A DNA stretch of 64,000 bases from Octopus sinensis (Eukaryota): the NCBI RefSeq assembly GCF_006345805.1, contig NC_043012.1:12462001-12526000 (forward strand), read 5' to 3'. The translations under genes were made by a program, and so were the position numbers. Positions 13,437 through 26,966 of the stretch are shown here, piece by piece. Under the pieces are notes generated by a model. The model did not search any database. It saw only the letters and a program-made list of their open reading frames with translations, and was not told the origin of the DNA. Positions within the stretch are counted from its first letter, which is position 1; each line of letters opens with the position of its first letter.

Positions 13437-14130
13437 TATCTTCCTTCTCTGCTAAGGAAAGCTGTTGCATCGATCTTCACTATACATTCAGCAGACAGCG
13501 ACATTCGTCTTACACACGACAACAGCTGCTCCACACAATTCCACGACTCTCTAATGCATGGACATTCAATTATTGCATGCAGAACGGTTTCGTCCCCCTG
13601 CAAGCATCTTGGGCAGTTTCGGCTGTTGGCACTTCCATACCTGAAGATCTTGTCTCGAACGGGCAATGCCCCTCTTTAGCACTGCCATGCCAAAAACTTT
13701 TGGAAATTGTCCATGATCTTCGGTCCGAAGGTCCTCCTGAAGAGACTATTCAGTCTGTTCTCTTCGATGCCTAGATTCAGTCTTAGGCCATAATCACTCA
13801 TACTCTCAACTAGCCCCCTATAAAAATCTTGATTTGCTTTCCCACAACTGTTTTGTGCTGCTAGTACAATGCAATGAGAGCCTGGCAACATTCTAGATGC
13901 CAAACGCCCAAACACGTTCTACGTTTGACCCATGACTGCAGCTTTGTCAATGAGATGATTTGCGGAAAGATAAGTCGTATGAATGTCGCTCACACCAGTT
14001 CCCCCTTCTTTCCCTCGTCGTTGTTTTCCATCATCGCAGTGATTTAGATATTTCTGTAGGTTCGGCAGCCTCACAGTATGGTGTCGCATCAATCATCAAG
14101 GATGGCATCCCAAGACCAACACTCTGGAAG
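13437..14130 (-). mobile_element. L1/Tx1-like LINE ORF2 C-terminal fragment (zinc knuckle)
   Basis: FGPKIMDNFQKFLAWQC / PVRDKIFRYG...CPRCLQGDETVLHAIIECP; frameshifted. Confidence 0.7.
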
Positions 14131-15137
14131 GTAGATACAATTAAATAAATAGTCACAGTACTTGGAAAGAAGATCCGCAAAGATGAATTGGTAGCAATTT
14201 GAAACAAGAACGTGACAGAACCTGAGAAACTCCTGGGTCAATTTTTTTTCCGCAATAGATCTATTCATATATGTTTAATAATCTTAATAATTAAAATATA
14301 CTGACCATAGAATCGGAATGTTTATAATGTATTACAGATTATCAAATATTTTCCCATTTTTCAGCTCTAATGCAAAGTCAGGCACGATCATTATTAGTTA
14401 AAGAGAATTTGTTAGATTAAAACTCCACTTTGTTATTGATGCTATTATTTAGTTGCAGGACAACCGAGTTGTAGTGAAAACTCCAGTCCTGACTACAACT
14501 ATAAATCAAACATTGTACATTTTGCATTACATTACCAAATGTGTCCTCTCCCCTGTTTTTTTTTTAAACAGTAGGGTTCGATTTTAGAAAGGTTTTATTT
14601 CTGCTTCATTTCAAGCAGATCTCGCGCATACAATTGCATGTTTATAAACGTTGCTTATTCCTTTCATATATGCTTCACATTACTATCTTAACTCAATATT
14701 CACTATCGTAATCTTATTCCAAACCGCGTAATTCTATTTAATTATAAACATACACAAATACACGAAGACGCATATTCATACTTATAAGGAGACGCCAGTT
14801 CACTCACGTGGAGAAACACAGAAGTCACACACACACTTAAACACTTACATTCAGATATGTCTACTCACAATACACACACATTTTAAAGTCGCGAAGAATC
14901 TTAAAGCGTTAAATTCTCGTAGAATTTGAGCTGTGTCAGAGTTATCTCATAGAATCCTTTCAATGTATTTCTTCGCTGATAATTCTTTTTTATACGGTTT
15001 GCAGCTTAGTTTGAAATAAATAACGAAACCTCTGTAATGTTCTTAGTAAACATATTCTAATTGTTACCCGTGCTTTTCAAATGTGTGGAGGTATTCCTTC
15101 TCCCCGTTCAGATGTCATGTTAGTCAAGACACTTATA

Positions 15138-15363
15138 TATTACTTTATTGCCCACAAGGGGCTAAACATAGAGGAGACAAACAAGGACAAAGAGATTAAG
15201 TCGATTACATCGACCCCAGTGCGTAACTGGTACTTAATTTATCGACCCCGAAAGGATGAAAGGCAAAGTGGACCCGGCGAAATTTGAACTCACAACGTAA
15301 CGGCAGACAAAATACTGCTACGCATTTCGCCCGGCGTGCCAACGTTTCTGCCAGCTCGCCGCA
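15138..15363 (-). mobile_element. SINE family B, about 18-bp TSD TTAGTCAAGACAYTTATA
   Basis: TSD-like repeats at 15120 and 15364. Confidence 0.85.
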
Positions 15364-15771
15364 TTAGTCAAGACATTTATAATCGGCAGAATACTTTAGC
15401 ATTGAAATCATGTCACAGATAACTTAATAGTGATTCTATTAGTAAAGCTGATAGTAATTCATGAAATATTGTTGGACTTGTACAAAACAGAAACTCGTTT
15501 CAGCCCATATTATTAAGCATAAAGTGGAGGCAAGTCGGTCTGGAAACGATGATCGTATGAATGTCACCTTGTTTTGGTTTCAGTTCCAATGGGTGACACC
15601 TACGGCATATGTCTTCTATTATGGCTCCAGGCAGACCAATGTCTTGTGAACGAATTTTCTAGAGGCTCATACAAAAGCCTAAAAAAGCGAGCTGGCAGAA
15701 ACGTTAGCACGCCGGGCGAAATGCGTAGACGTATTTCGTCTGCGTTACGTTCTAAGTTCAAATTCCGCTGA

Positions 15772-16099
15772 GGATTTCCAAGATATAACTCCGCCCCAGA
15801 TCATCACAGATTCTCCTCCATGTTTAACAGTTGGAAGAAGGCAGTCTGGATCAAATGCTTCTTTTGGCTTGTCTCCACACGTATACTCGACCGGTGGTCG
15901 GAAATAAGATAAATGATGATTCGCCCTAGAAAACAAAACATTCTTCCACTGTTCTAGGGACCAATTCTGTATTATTAAATTCTGTGTTTAATAATAAATA
16001 AAGTAAAACATAAAAATAAACAAGCTTTTGAAGTTTTTTATAGATATTTCAAAATCATGATGCTATGATGCTTGGTGTTTCCATTAATTTGTACAACCC

Positions 16100-16102
<3 letters not shown>
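15772..16102 (-). mobile_element. Tc1-like relic (5' TIR plus catalytic fragment)
   Basis: TA|CAGGGGTTGTACAAA terminus at 16102; WSLEQWKNVLFS...EAFDPDCLLPTVKHGGESVMIWG Tc1 motifs; abuts a SINE head at 15772. Confidence 0.75.
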
Positions 16103-16146
<44 letters not shown>

Positions 16147-16842
16147 ACGGGCACATACACATACTTATATATGTATTTATGTATGTATGTATGTATGTAT
16201 GTATGTATAGAAAGACAGTGAAAAAGAGTGAGAGAAACAGAGAGGGAGAGAAAAACAGAGAGAGATAGAGAAGGACTGTTGTCTAAATAATGCCTTCTAC
16301 TCCACAATTTATTCTAGAGGTAAGTAGACGGCAACACGATTTTATTTGATTTTGACTTAATATTCAAACATCTTTGTCAACATGTTGCATATTTATGTAT
16401 TATGGATCTTACTGCTTCAATTTGTCATCGTATCTTTGAAACAGCTGTAAAGCATGACCACGGATTCTCTTTATTTTCAATTGCATTTGCGATTGTGCTC
16501 TCTCTGGGTATCTACATATTTGTGAAGAACAAATATTGACCGTCTTCCTTCTTTCTGATTAATACTATTTGTGTTCATTATTTATAAATAATAGTGTAAA
16601 TTATTTATAAATGCTATGATGGCTTAAGCAAATACTTTTATCTTTATTTTCATGAGCTCCATCGAAGAGCTTCTTATAGATAGATTACTGTTCTTGCTCA
16701 TCTAAGTCTTCGATGATTAGGACGTTGAATATTAGGAAATAGATCTGATTCTGAGCGCTAATCTTATCCTTATCAATTATACGCAGCTCGACGTATTCTC
16801 ATCCATTATATGCATACACACACACACACACGCACACACACG

Positions 16843-16893
<51 letters not shown>

Positions 16894-17399
16894 GTATGTT
16901 GCAAACCTTATAAACTGTAGTAAGCAATTTGATTTCTGTAGGTTTCAATATATAATTTGATTTCTGTAGCTTTCTATGTATCTGTAAGTAAGTATGACAT
17001 GTTTTTCCTTTGTGTATATGAACTTAATATATCATACACAACGGGAAATTTTGTATCGTTTTACTTAGCGTGTATGATAGATACGTTCTTATGATGCCAC
17101 AAATGAACTTTACATTTTATCATTGTTCATATTTCACCTATTTACATTCGGTAACCAATAAAAATCATTATTTCTCTTTGTATTATTAATCTAATTGTCG
17201 GAAGGAAAATGTGTCAAAGCTTTTGGTAATTTCTATTTCGTCCATTAAGCGATGATTCAATAGGCTTATGACCAAAAGTATTCCAGATGTATTCTAATAT
17301 ACAAACCTCTTAGTACATTCGTAACTACAGTATTGTATATGTAGTTCTTCCGTTCCGTGAATGTTTTATCAAATTTGGGTGCTGCATAAGAAGTCACTC

Positions 17400-17513
17400 T
17401 ACAGCGTAGCAACTATCTTTTTGGTGGTTTCAGGGTATGATGTGTATCGCATCTGCGTAATACTCCAAGTTTACGTGTACGAAACTCACTGTGAATACCA
17501 AACATTTGTTACG
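17400..17513 (+). other. Possible non-coding 5' UTR exon of ECT2L (start coordinate approximate)
   Basis: Consensus donor ACG/GTGAGT at 17514, 156 nt upstream of the acceptor preceding the ATG exon. That acceptor implies some upstream exon exists. Confidence 0.35.
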
Positions 17514-17693
17514 GTGAGTACTTCATATGTCCTTATTAAAATGATTTATGTGATGACATGTCAGTCAGGGAACTTTGTTTGAGAATAAGATATAAGATTT
17601 AAGCTCTAAACAACGAGTTTATTTCTTAAGTTTGTAACGTTTTAAATACTATTTTCGTTTTTGAATCAGATACTTGAAGGTTAGCCACTCACG

Positions 17694-17897
17694 ATGGAAT
17701 ATACAACATTATTAAAAAAAGACAAGATCTTCACACCCACTCCGAAACTGCTACTAAGTGTAGATGATTCTAATATCTTCCGAACTGCCACAATGAAAAG
17801 TAAACCGTCTACACTTTCGAAAAGTTGGAACCCAAATCTTTCGAAGACGCGGCACAGTTGTTGGTCGCCTTTGGTTCAGAGACCAATGGCACAACAA
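17694..17897 (+). CDS. ECT2L: ECT2L coding exon 1 (start ATG; MEYTTLLK...TRHSCWSPLVQRPMAQQ)
   Basis: Acceptor ttttgaatcAG at 17668-69, in-frame TAG at 17682 upstream of ATG 17694, donor GTATGT at 17898. TRHSCWSPLVQRPMAQQ resembles the vertebrate ECT2L N-terminus (TRFSAWTPF...LNRQ, from memory). 204 nt, phase 0. Confidence 0.8.
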
Positions 17898-18824
17898 GTA
17901 TGTTATATTTTGGTTATAAACTTTTAGTACAAAGCCGACAGGTTTGGAGGGGTGGGGCAGTAAGTCGATTAAACAGACCTTAGTACTCAACTGGCCCTTA
18001 TCTTAACGTCCTCGAACGAATGAATGAAAAGCAAAGTTGGACTTGGCAGAATGCGAGCTCGAACGAGAAGTAGCACGAAATGCCACAACTCATATTGTTC
18101 GGCGAGCTAATGATTTTGCCCAGCCCCTACCAATTATCTTCGGTAAACTAGTCATTAGCAATTCACTTTCTAAATAATAATTTTAGCAAAATAATCTATT
18201 TATGTGAAGTAGAGACAAATTTATTGGGGAATTATTGTTGTTTGATTTGGCTAAGATCAGCCATGGGTAAGAAAACTTTATGTACTTTTGGGTTATAAGT
18301 TCGAATCTCAACTTTGCCACTACTTATGTATACAGTCGATCAAATGAATAACAGTCAACTACTGGAGCAGATTAAATTGCAGTTTTATGCCACTGCTGGA
18401 AATAATCATTAAATCTAAGAGATTGTATTGGTGCATAACGGAAAGAGAAATCCACGCAGGCGCAGAAGTGGCATTGTGGTAAGATGTTTGCTAGATATAT
18501 ACGTGTGGAGTTGTGGCTGTCATTTCCCGGCGCTTGACAACTGGTGATGGTGTGTTTACGCCCCAGTAAGTTAGCAGTTTGGCGGAAAAACCCTATGGAA
18601 TAAGCACCAATTTAAAAACAAATATAATACCTGGGGTGATTCATTCGACTAGAATTCCTCAAGACTAAGACCATACTCCAGCATCGTCTCAGTCTAATGA
18701 TGAAACAAGTAAAATATAAAAAAAATAAAAGGTATTACAACTGCTCTTTTATCTAGAAACGGTTTGTATTTTAGAATTAGTCGAGTGTTGCAGAACTTCA
18801 TGAATAACAATGTACCACGATTCT

Positions 18825-18878
18825 TTGTCCGTGGGTAGCAACTTGTCCGTGGGTAGCAACTTGTCCGTGGGTAGCAAC
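18825..18878. repeat. Perfect 3 x 18-nt tandem repeat TTGTCCGTGGGTAGCAAC
   Basis: Direct reading. Confidence 0.9.
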
Positions 18879-18914
18879 TCTTGTTTCCTATTTGCTTATC
18901 CCTAAAACGCTACG

Positions 18915-19140
18915 AGTTGGCAGAACCGTTAACAAACCGGGCAAAATGCTCAGCAGTATTTCGTCTGCCGTTACGTTCTGAGTTCAAATTCCGCCGAGGT
19001 CGACTTTACTTTTCATCCTTTCGGGATCGATAAATTAAGGACCAGTTATGCACTGGGATCGATATAATCGACTTAATCCGTTTGTCTGTCCTTGTTTGTC
19101 CTCTCTGTGTTTAGCCCCTTGTGGGTAGTAAAGAAATAGG
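18915..19140 (+). mobile_element. SINE family B
   Basis: Homologous to 6540-6770. Confidence 0.85.
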
Positions 19141-19950
19141 TATGAAAATGGCTAATATTTCTGTCAAACTTTGGTTTTGTTACGATATGTATTCAAACCC
19201 CAAAGAACCCCTCTGAAAATATGGTTATTAAGCTTCCTACTACTTCTGCTCACGAACAGAGATGCACATATAGCTAACAAGTAAGAGACATGCTCAAGTG
19301 GTTAAGATGAAGTAACCGACAAGCAAATCTGTGATATTGAACAGAATATTTGCTATAACGATATTACTGCCTCAGCAACCCAGCACTGAATCTGTGTGAA
19401 ATGTAATCGAAAATGGGTCAGTTTCAAAACATTAATATCCAGTTCACATAAGCAAAATTTAAAGGAAATATTGGTTATTTCCTTTGACTTCTAGTTAGAA
19501 GCAAATAAGAAAAAAATACTTCCTGATCAAAGAGAGAAAAACATTACACGTGTATAAACTAAAATAACTGTTGCATATATTCTAATGAAGTAATCTGGAT
19601 TACTAGAACTAATGTAGTATTTCCTACCGGACTCCTTCATATTTAATACATGGAACTACAATGTATATCGATGTTAAGTGTCCTAGTCGAATCGCCTCAC
19701 TTGTTTTATTATGAAGTGGGGGTGTCCCTGTCATTATTATAACAAGTTTTTCGATTGAATTATACTATTTCTGCATTATACTTTCTTTGACTGATGTTGT
19801 TGCCGCTATTACCTTCTATTAATGAACTCCTCAAGTTTGTTATTTTTGCGAAGGAGTCGGTTGGGGCATTAATAACAACGATAGAAACACCGGCAACAAC
19901 AAATACTACTCTTTACTTTGCTTAACTACTGTGTCTCATTCTTTTAACAG

Positions 19951-19986
19951 CTTTTCAAGGAAAGAGTTGAATTAATTTCTCATTGG
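19951..19986 (+). CDS. ECT2L: ECT2L coding exon 2, 36-nt microexon LFKERVELISHW
   Basis: cttttaacAG / GTAAGT boundaries; peptide matches recalled ECT2L LFQERVALISHW; phase 0-0; too short for the ORF track. Confidence 0.9.
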
Positions 19987-20077
19987 GTAAGTCACACATA
20001 TTACCATATTACATTTTGTATCTTGTAAGTGTAACTTAAGCATTTTGTAGGAAACGAATGCACTAAAACACATATAT

Positions 20078-20124
<47 letters not shown>

Positions 20125-21779
20125 ATATATATATATATTATATATATATATATATTCACACTTACATATATGCTTTTACGCATGCAAATACGTGTTTGTC
20201 TTCATTGATGACCAATTTGCCTAAATACGTCTGGCACATTCAACTACAACAATTCCAAGATGATACTTTGTTGACTGTGCTGCCATGTCGTTCACTGTAG
20301 CAGAAGCAAACTTAGACAATGAACCATATACGGACAAAGCATTTAGTGGCAACTTGGTATTGAACCGCAAAATCTTAAACTTCTTGGTTTCCATTTCGTG
20401 TTTTTGCAGTATAACTAAAATAAATATCGATAATTATCTGTCTTATTATGTTCCCCACTCCCACACATTAAATAAATAACATTTGCCAATAATATATCAA
20501 TTCTAGCGAATATTTTGCCGCAAATATAAATGAATCGTTAGAGCGTCGGAGATAATGAACTGCGGCATTCATCACAATTCTCAGAGCCATCTCAGGGCGG
20601 AATCGCTTTTCTTTTGAAGTCAGTAAAATACCTGACACCTTGTACTGAGACTGATCCTGCTCCCCTTCCTCCTCCCCATACTCCCAGTCCCTACTCCACC
20701 CACCATTCCCTTCTCCTCCTCCTCCTCCTTTTGCTTCTTTATACAATAATTTCATTACTAAATATTTCTGAAACTGCCAGAGAATTCACGGTATTATTTT
20801 CCCCAACCAGATAGGTTCTGGTTGCTGAAACCCATGTTGATCCAGATGGCAGACTTTTGATGAAGAGCATTGCAACTCAAAACATTCTCATCTGAAATTG
20901 TTGGAATGACATACAGTTTATTAAAAATTGATTTAGAACTGGGATAGGTGTTATGACATTATTTCATTTACACAGTTAATGTTTTCTAGAAAAGATATTT
21001 CACCTCACAAACACTATATTTAAATACCGTAGAAAAATAATGTGAAAAAAAAATGCCACGTGAAAAGAAATAAAAGAAATTATAGAATATAATCATTGGT
21101 GTGCGTGTGTTATGTGTGTGTTTGGCTGTGTGTGTGCGTGTGTATTTGTGTGTGTGCGTGTATGTGTGCATGTGTGTGTGCGCGTGTGTGTATGTGTAAC
21201 AATATGCACCAATGTATGTCTCTGCTATTATTTAATTATTATAAACCTTCCACTGAGGAGGAAGCTGGTTTCCAACAAAGATATAAGGCTCCATCTTTGG
21301 GATGTAGTTAACAAAAACAAATTCATATTCAGAACCTCAGGAAAGTCTTGCATTGTTTTACTGTTCCACTCACTGTTTTCATTTCTACTGTACGAATTAG
21401 CCTGTCGATTTCTCTTTCTAAAAATCCCAGTTTATCCAAATTCTCCTTTAAGCATTTACCGACAAAACCTTTGTCTCCAATTATTATGGATAAGAATATG
21501 ACCCATACCCTGGATATAGAAGCTGGAGGTTGCGAAGCAGTTGTACATAGAAATCTCCTTTTACTTTGATTTTCAAACAAACATTTATATATACAGGACA
21601 GCTAAACTCTATGTTGGTACATACCATTGCCCTTCTGTCCCAAACAATATTCGGTCTATAATGTTTACATTTCAGAGACGTTTTGATGGGAATATTCCAC
21701 CAATATTCCTTGAGTTGTGGTTTTTCGCCAAGAAATTACCAAACCCTCATATGTTGTCTAACGACTGGAGAGACAATGG

Positions 21780-22015
21780 TATGTGTGTGTGTGTGTCTTT
21801 GCGACTGTGTTTACCCCATCGCGTTTACCGCTTGAAAACTGGTGATAGTGTATTTACATCCCCGTAACTTAACAGTTCGTCAAAGCGAACGACAGAATAA
21901 GTACCAGGCTGGAAACAAAGAAAAATAAGTACTCAGTTCATTAGACTAAAACTTCTCCAGAGCGGTGCTCCAGCATGGCTGCAGTCAAATGACTAAAAGA
22001 AATAAAAGACAAAAG
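21780..22015 (+). mobile_element. SINE family A 3' half
   Basis: GGTGCTCCAGCATGGCTGCAGTCAAATGACT tail motif. Confidence 0.7.
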
Positions 22016-22658
22016 CCATATTTATGTACCTATGTAGTAATTATATTGGGGATGTGAAACCTGTGCCTGAGAAGGGCACTTAATACTTTCTTTCGTGTAA
22101 CCATTGTGGTGGTGTCTGCTTCTCAGAGGCATGCCTACTCATCCACAAGCATGGACGAGGACAAAACTCCGTCTACCCGTGTGATATCTACCATGATCTC
22201 CCGAGCCTCCTGCGTAGCGGAGTGTGTGGATCGGCAGTGAATTCACTCGGGATTGCAGGTCCCAATGTCTAGATGGTCGGGCCACTGCTGAAGAGTGATT
22301 GGTAAATAACTTGCAAGACCTTTGAAGCAATAGGATGGGGAGACTAACTGTAAGATGTGGTCCGGTGGATGTGGTTGAAGCCAATGGCGATTTTATTGAA
22401 GAAATTTACTCTTTAGTATTTCAAAATATTTTTTTTTTGAATTTTGGTAAATATATATGTTAAAGTGAGATGTAATTTAGACGACGATATATTCATCGCA
22501 CCCTGTCTCTGCTGTTATTCTAAAAACCTATTAAACATGTACTGTATTAACAAACAAAATAAAACAACATTGTTATTGCAGTTTGCATTAGAGAAGCCAT
22601 TAATTCAATGGTCTTTATGCGAAACAGAAGTTTCATAGTTTCTTGATTTCAATTTCAG

Positions 22659-22898
22659 TTCGATTTATGGACAGAAAGCCAGCGAAACGAATTTTTTGAT
22701 CATATGTTGAGCAAGTGTCACAACATACAATATGCTCACGTTCGGAATTGGTTCAATGAAAGAGTTCCATTACAACACATCGACTTTACGAGACTTCTTC
22801 CAAGATTCTTATCTTTGTATATATTTTCTTTCTTGGATCCCAAAAGTCTTAGTCGGACTTCACAAGTTTCTTGGTACTGGAAGTTCCTCACAGAACAG
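22659..22898 (+). CDS. ECT2L: ECT2L coding exon 3 (FDLWTESQRNEFF...F-box FTRLLPRFLSLYIFSFLDPKSLSRTSQVSWYWKFLTEQ)
   Basis: aatttcAG acceptor, GTAAAA donor; clear F-box motif LP...IFSFLD..SL....QVS..W; 240 nt, phase 0-0. Confidence 0.93.
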
Positions 22899-24057
22899 GT
22901 AAAACTCTTTTATAAATTCACCGTTAAAAAGGAACCCATTTGTAATATATCAAAATATGGTAATTTTTCTTTGTCTCACTCACCAATGCACGCTTCTAGT
23001 ATTTCAGTCAATATGGATCCTTCAGTCAAGAGGAAGCTATACCTAACGTTACTTCTCTTCATTGCCTTTGTGAATTTAATTTACAAATTAAATGTTCAGT
23101 TCACTTCACTACACATATAATCTATAGTTAATGATATTTTCACTATTACCTAGCCGACAGAGTCGTTAGCACACTGGGCAAAATTCTTAGCAGCATTTCG
23201 TCTGCGCAGTTTTCAGTTCAAATTCTGCCGTGGTCGATTTTGCCTTTCATCATTCCAAGTTCGATAAAATAAGTACCAGTTGAGTACGGGGGTCATTGGA
23301 ATTGACTAAACCCCTCACCCAATTTTTAGGCCTTGTGCTATTACCTAAATTTGCTTTCTATGCCGCTCTGCGGAAACATATATAGAGCTGATTTGCTTTC
23401 GGCTGATTCAACAAATGGCAAATGAAGAGACATCCCGAAATATTCACAACCCATAGATCAATGCATGCGGTTTGACAAATATGTGTCTTTGAGTATCTAC
23501 AGAGTGATCTTTCAGCAAGTAAATTGACCATGCAGTTTAGCAGTGTTTACTGTGTAATTTCTATATTTCGTACATTTGAAACAGTGCAAGGCATAGAAAC
23601 AAGCAGACAAATGAATGAATAGATAAGTAAGTACATTATAGATAACACATGATGGATGATGTAATGGAAGTATTATAACCCAGAACAGACAATACAAGAG
23701 ATAATAAATCATATGTTTGCGTAATGATTGGTTGAGCAGTGGTGCAGTGGAATCCCGCTGTGCTCAAGTGGACTGCAGATCGAAATTATGCTTTATGTTT
23801 TATAGTTATACTGACTTACTTTCAAATAAACTAACCACATATACGTACAAATAACTACAGAAGTGGGTGTCAAATTATATCACGAAATAGAAATTTCTAC
23901 ACTGTTTTACCAAAACGCAAGTCAAGAGATGGCGTCAGACCAACATGATTTTTCGCTTAATATTTAGGATAACAATGAATTCGTAAACATCATTTGCTCC
24001 TAGGGTGATTTTATTGACTTTAAACTGTGAATCTATTGATATGGACGGTAATATATA

Positions 24058-24421
24058 TATTTCTTTACTACCCACAAGGAGCTAAACATAGAGGGGACAA
24101 ACAAGGACAGACAAAGGGATTAAGTCGATTACATCGACCCAGCACGAAACTGGTACTTTATTTATCGACCCCGAGAGGATGAAATGCAAAGTCAACCTCG
24201 TTGGAATTTGAACTCCGCCGAGGTTGACTTTGCCTTTCATCCTTTCGGGGTCGATTAAAAAAAGTACCAGTTACACACTGGGGTCGATGTCCCTTCTGTG
24301 TTTAACCCCTTGTGGGTAGTAAAGAAATAGGTATTTCGTCTGCCGTTACGTTCTGAGTTCAAATTCCGCCGAAATACCGCTAAGCATTTCGCCCGGGACG
24401 CTAACGTTTCTGCCACATCGC
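24058..24421. mobile_element. Rearranged SINE family B composite (both orientations)
   Basis: Segments: minus 3' part 24058-24215, plus 3' part 24216-24330, plus middle to 24370, minus head 24371-24421. Confidence 0.8.
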
Positions 24422-24794
24422 GACCTTCATGGACAGTAATATAACTGAGAGAGACAATGTTTAAATACTCTACTTTGGTATAGAATATTTCTGCAGGTTT
24501 TGTGGACTCAGTAATACCATGTTTTGTATGCAGTGTCTTAGCACAGAGAAAATGTAAACCAGCGGGGTTAGTTTCAAACGTATATTAAGATTTCTTCAAT
24601 GACTCATACTTCTTATTATCTCCCCACGGTGGGTAATGCTCATAAATGCACCCCACTAAGGTTGAAAATGATCGGTTTGAATATTTAAGCACACTCTTCA
24701 CTGATATTTCAGTTAACAAATTACTGTTACCCCAACAGTATTTTATTTCAATGTCATATTATGCATGTGACTATAACTACAGATTTCAGGAAAC

Positions 24795-25198
24795 ACTCTT
24801 TTACTTTTTTACTTGTTTCAGCGGCCATTGAACAGCGGTCATGCGGGAGCACCGCCTTTAGTCGAAGAAATCGACCCCAGAATTTATTCTTTGTAAGCCT
24901 AATACTTATTCTGTCGGTCTGTTTTGCCGAACCGCTAAGTTACGGGGACGTAAACACACCAGCATCGGTTGACAAGCAATGTTGGGGGTAGATGGGGGTT
25001 TCAAACACAGACACACAAACACACGCACATATATATGTATATATATACGACGCGCTTCTTTCAGTTTCCGTCCACCAAATCTACTCACAAGGCTTTGACG
25101 GCCCGAGGCTATAGTAGAAGAAACTTGCCCAAGGTGCCACGCAGTGGGACTGAACCCGGAACCATGTGGTTGGTAAGCAAGCTACTTTCAACACAGCC
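24795..25198 (-). mobile_element. SINE family A
   Basis: Homologous to 3055-3455. Confidence 0.85.
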
Positions 25199-26908
25199 AC
25201 TCCTGTATATAAGAGATAAATATAAACAACAAAATTTCGGTCGAAGGAAAAAAGATTGAATCATTCATATCAGTTTCAATCCTATGTTGGGTTTTCATAA
25301 CCAAGTGAGACTCATGTTAATTGACCACTGCTTATAAACGCTAATAATACTGTGTATTATAATTATAGATCAATAATACTCAGCATTGTTTTACCCTTTA
25401 ATTACTATTTTATTCTGGTGGATCCGCATAGTCATTCGATGCTTAAAATCTAATTTGATAGAAACTTTTTTCAAAATTCCCCCCTTTTTTTTAAACTTTT
25501 GTAGGCTGGTCTATGCAAAACGATACAGAAAGTGACCTAGCCGTTTCTTGCAATAAATAGATCTATAACAAATTTTTGTTCATAGACTCTTAAAATAATA
25601 ACGAGGATCCAATTTACTATTTTGCTTATGTGGACCACGAAATATTTTATATGGAACCCCTGAAGTCATATGGAACCCGGTTAAGAACCAGTGCTAAAGA
25701 GCAAGGCAGCGAGCAGGTAGAATCTTTAGCACGCCGGGCTAAAGCTTAATAGCATTTCGCCAATCTTCATGTTCTGAGTACAAATTCTGCCGAGGTCGAC
25801 TTCGCCTGTCATCCTGTCGGTTTGATAAGATAAGCGCCAATTGAGCACAGGAGTCAATGTGATCGACTTACCCACTCTCCTGGAATTACTTCCTTTGTGT
25901 CAAAATTTGAAACCAATATTACAATAGAGCCCTATAGAAGCAAAGAAATCAAATGAAATTGTATGAAATCGAATCGTGCTCAAACTTGTCATTATACTTA
26001 GCAAAAATCAGTCTCATTCACTAATGTATCCTTCAATTTCTTCAATTACTGTGGATTTTGGAAATGACTTCAGTTTCGGGACTACAAGGAAGTTATCTAA
26101 CGTTATTTTGCTTCATTGAGTTCGTCATTTGAATATACAAAATAAATGTTGTTTAACTGCACTACACATGTAATCCCTTGAGGTGATGCGCTTGTAGAAT
26201 CGTTAGCACGCCGGACAGTGTACTTAACGCCATTTATTCCGGCTTTACATTGTGGGTTCATATTCCACTGATGTTGTCTTTGTTTTTTGGTGTCGATAAT
26301 AAGCACCAGTTGGCACTGGTATTGATTTAATCGACTACCCTCCTTTCTCCAATATTCCAGGCCTTGCGATTTGGGCTGAAAGTATTATTACTATCAGTGC
26401 ATAGAAGATAATCTCCGTATAATGTATCTAATTCGGTGTTCCAAGCTTTCAATCCAATTACGAAATTTTGTTTCCTACAAATTAATTTCAGTTTTATTTT
26501 AATCTCCTGTAAAAAAACAATTAAACATTAACACAATGCAATCATACCTTCCCTTTCTGTAAATCTATTGCCATACGTTTCACTAAATCAAACTAGTTTT
26601 TAATCATATTAATAATGTCTTCACATTCAGGTAATGGTCTATAAGACATTCAACTTTGAGAATTGGTAGAGCGCGATAACATCTTTTATTCATGAACCGA
26701 CAGTTTGTAGAACCACATTAGTATATATGTATTATGCCGAGCAACAATAAATATAACACACACACACGCATACGCACACGCATAGACAAACGTACACACA
26801 AACACATGTGTGTATGTGTGTATGTGTTTGTGCATATGTGATCATGTACATACGCACAGGCACACACCCATACACACATATTTATATATATATATATGTA
26901 TATATGTG

Positions 26909-26966
<58 letters not shown>

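Noticed and set aside
18825-18878. CRISPR-like array
   Set aside because: Head-to-tail repeat with no spacers, in eukaryotic DNA.
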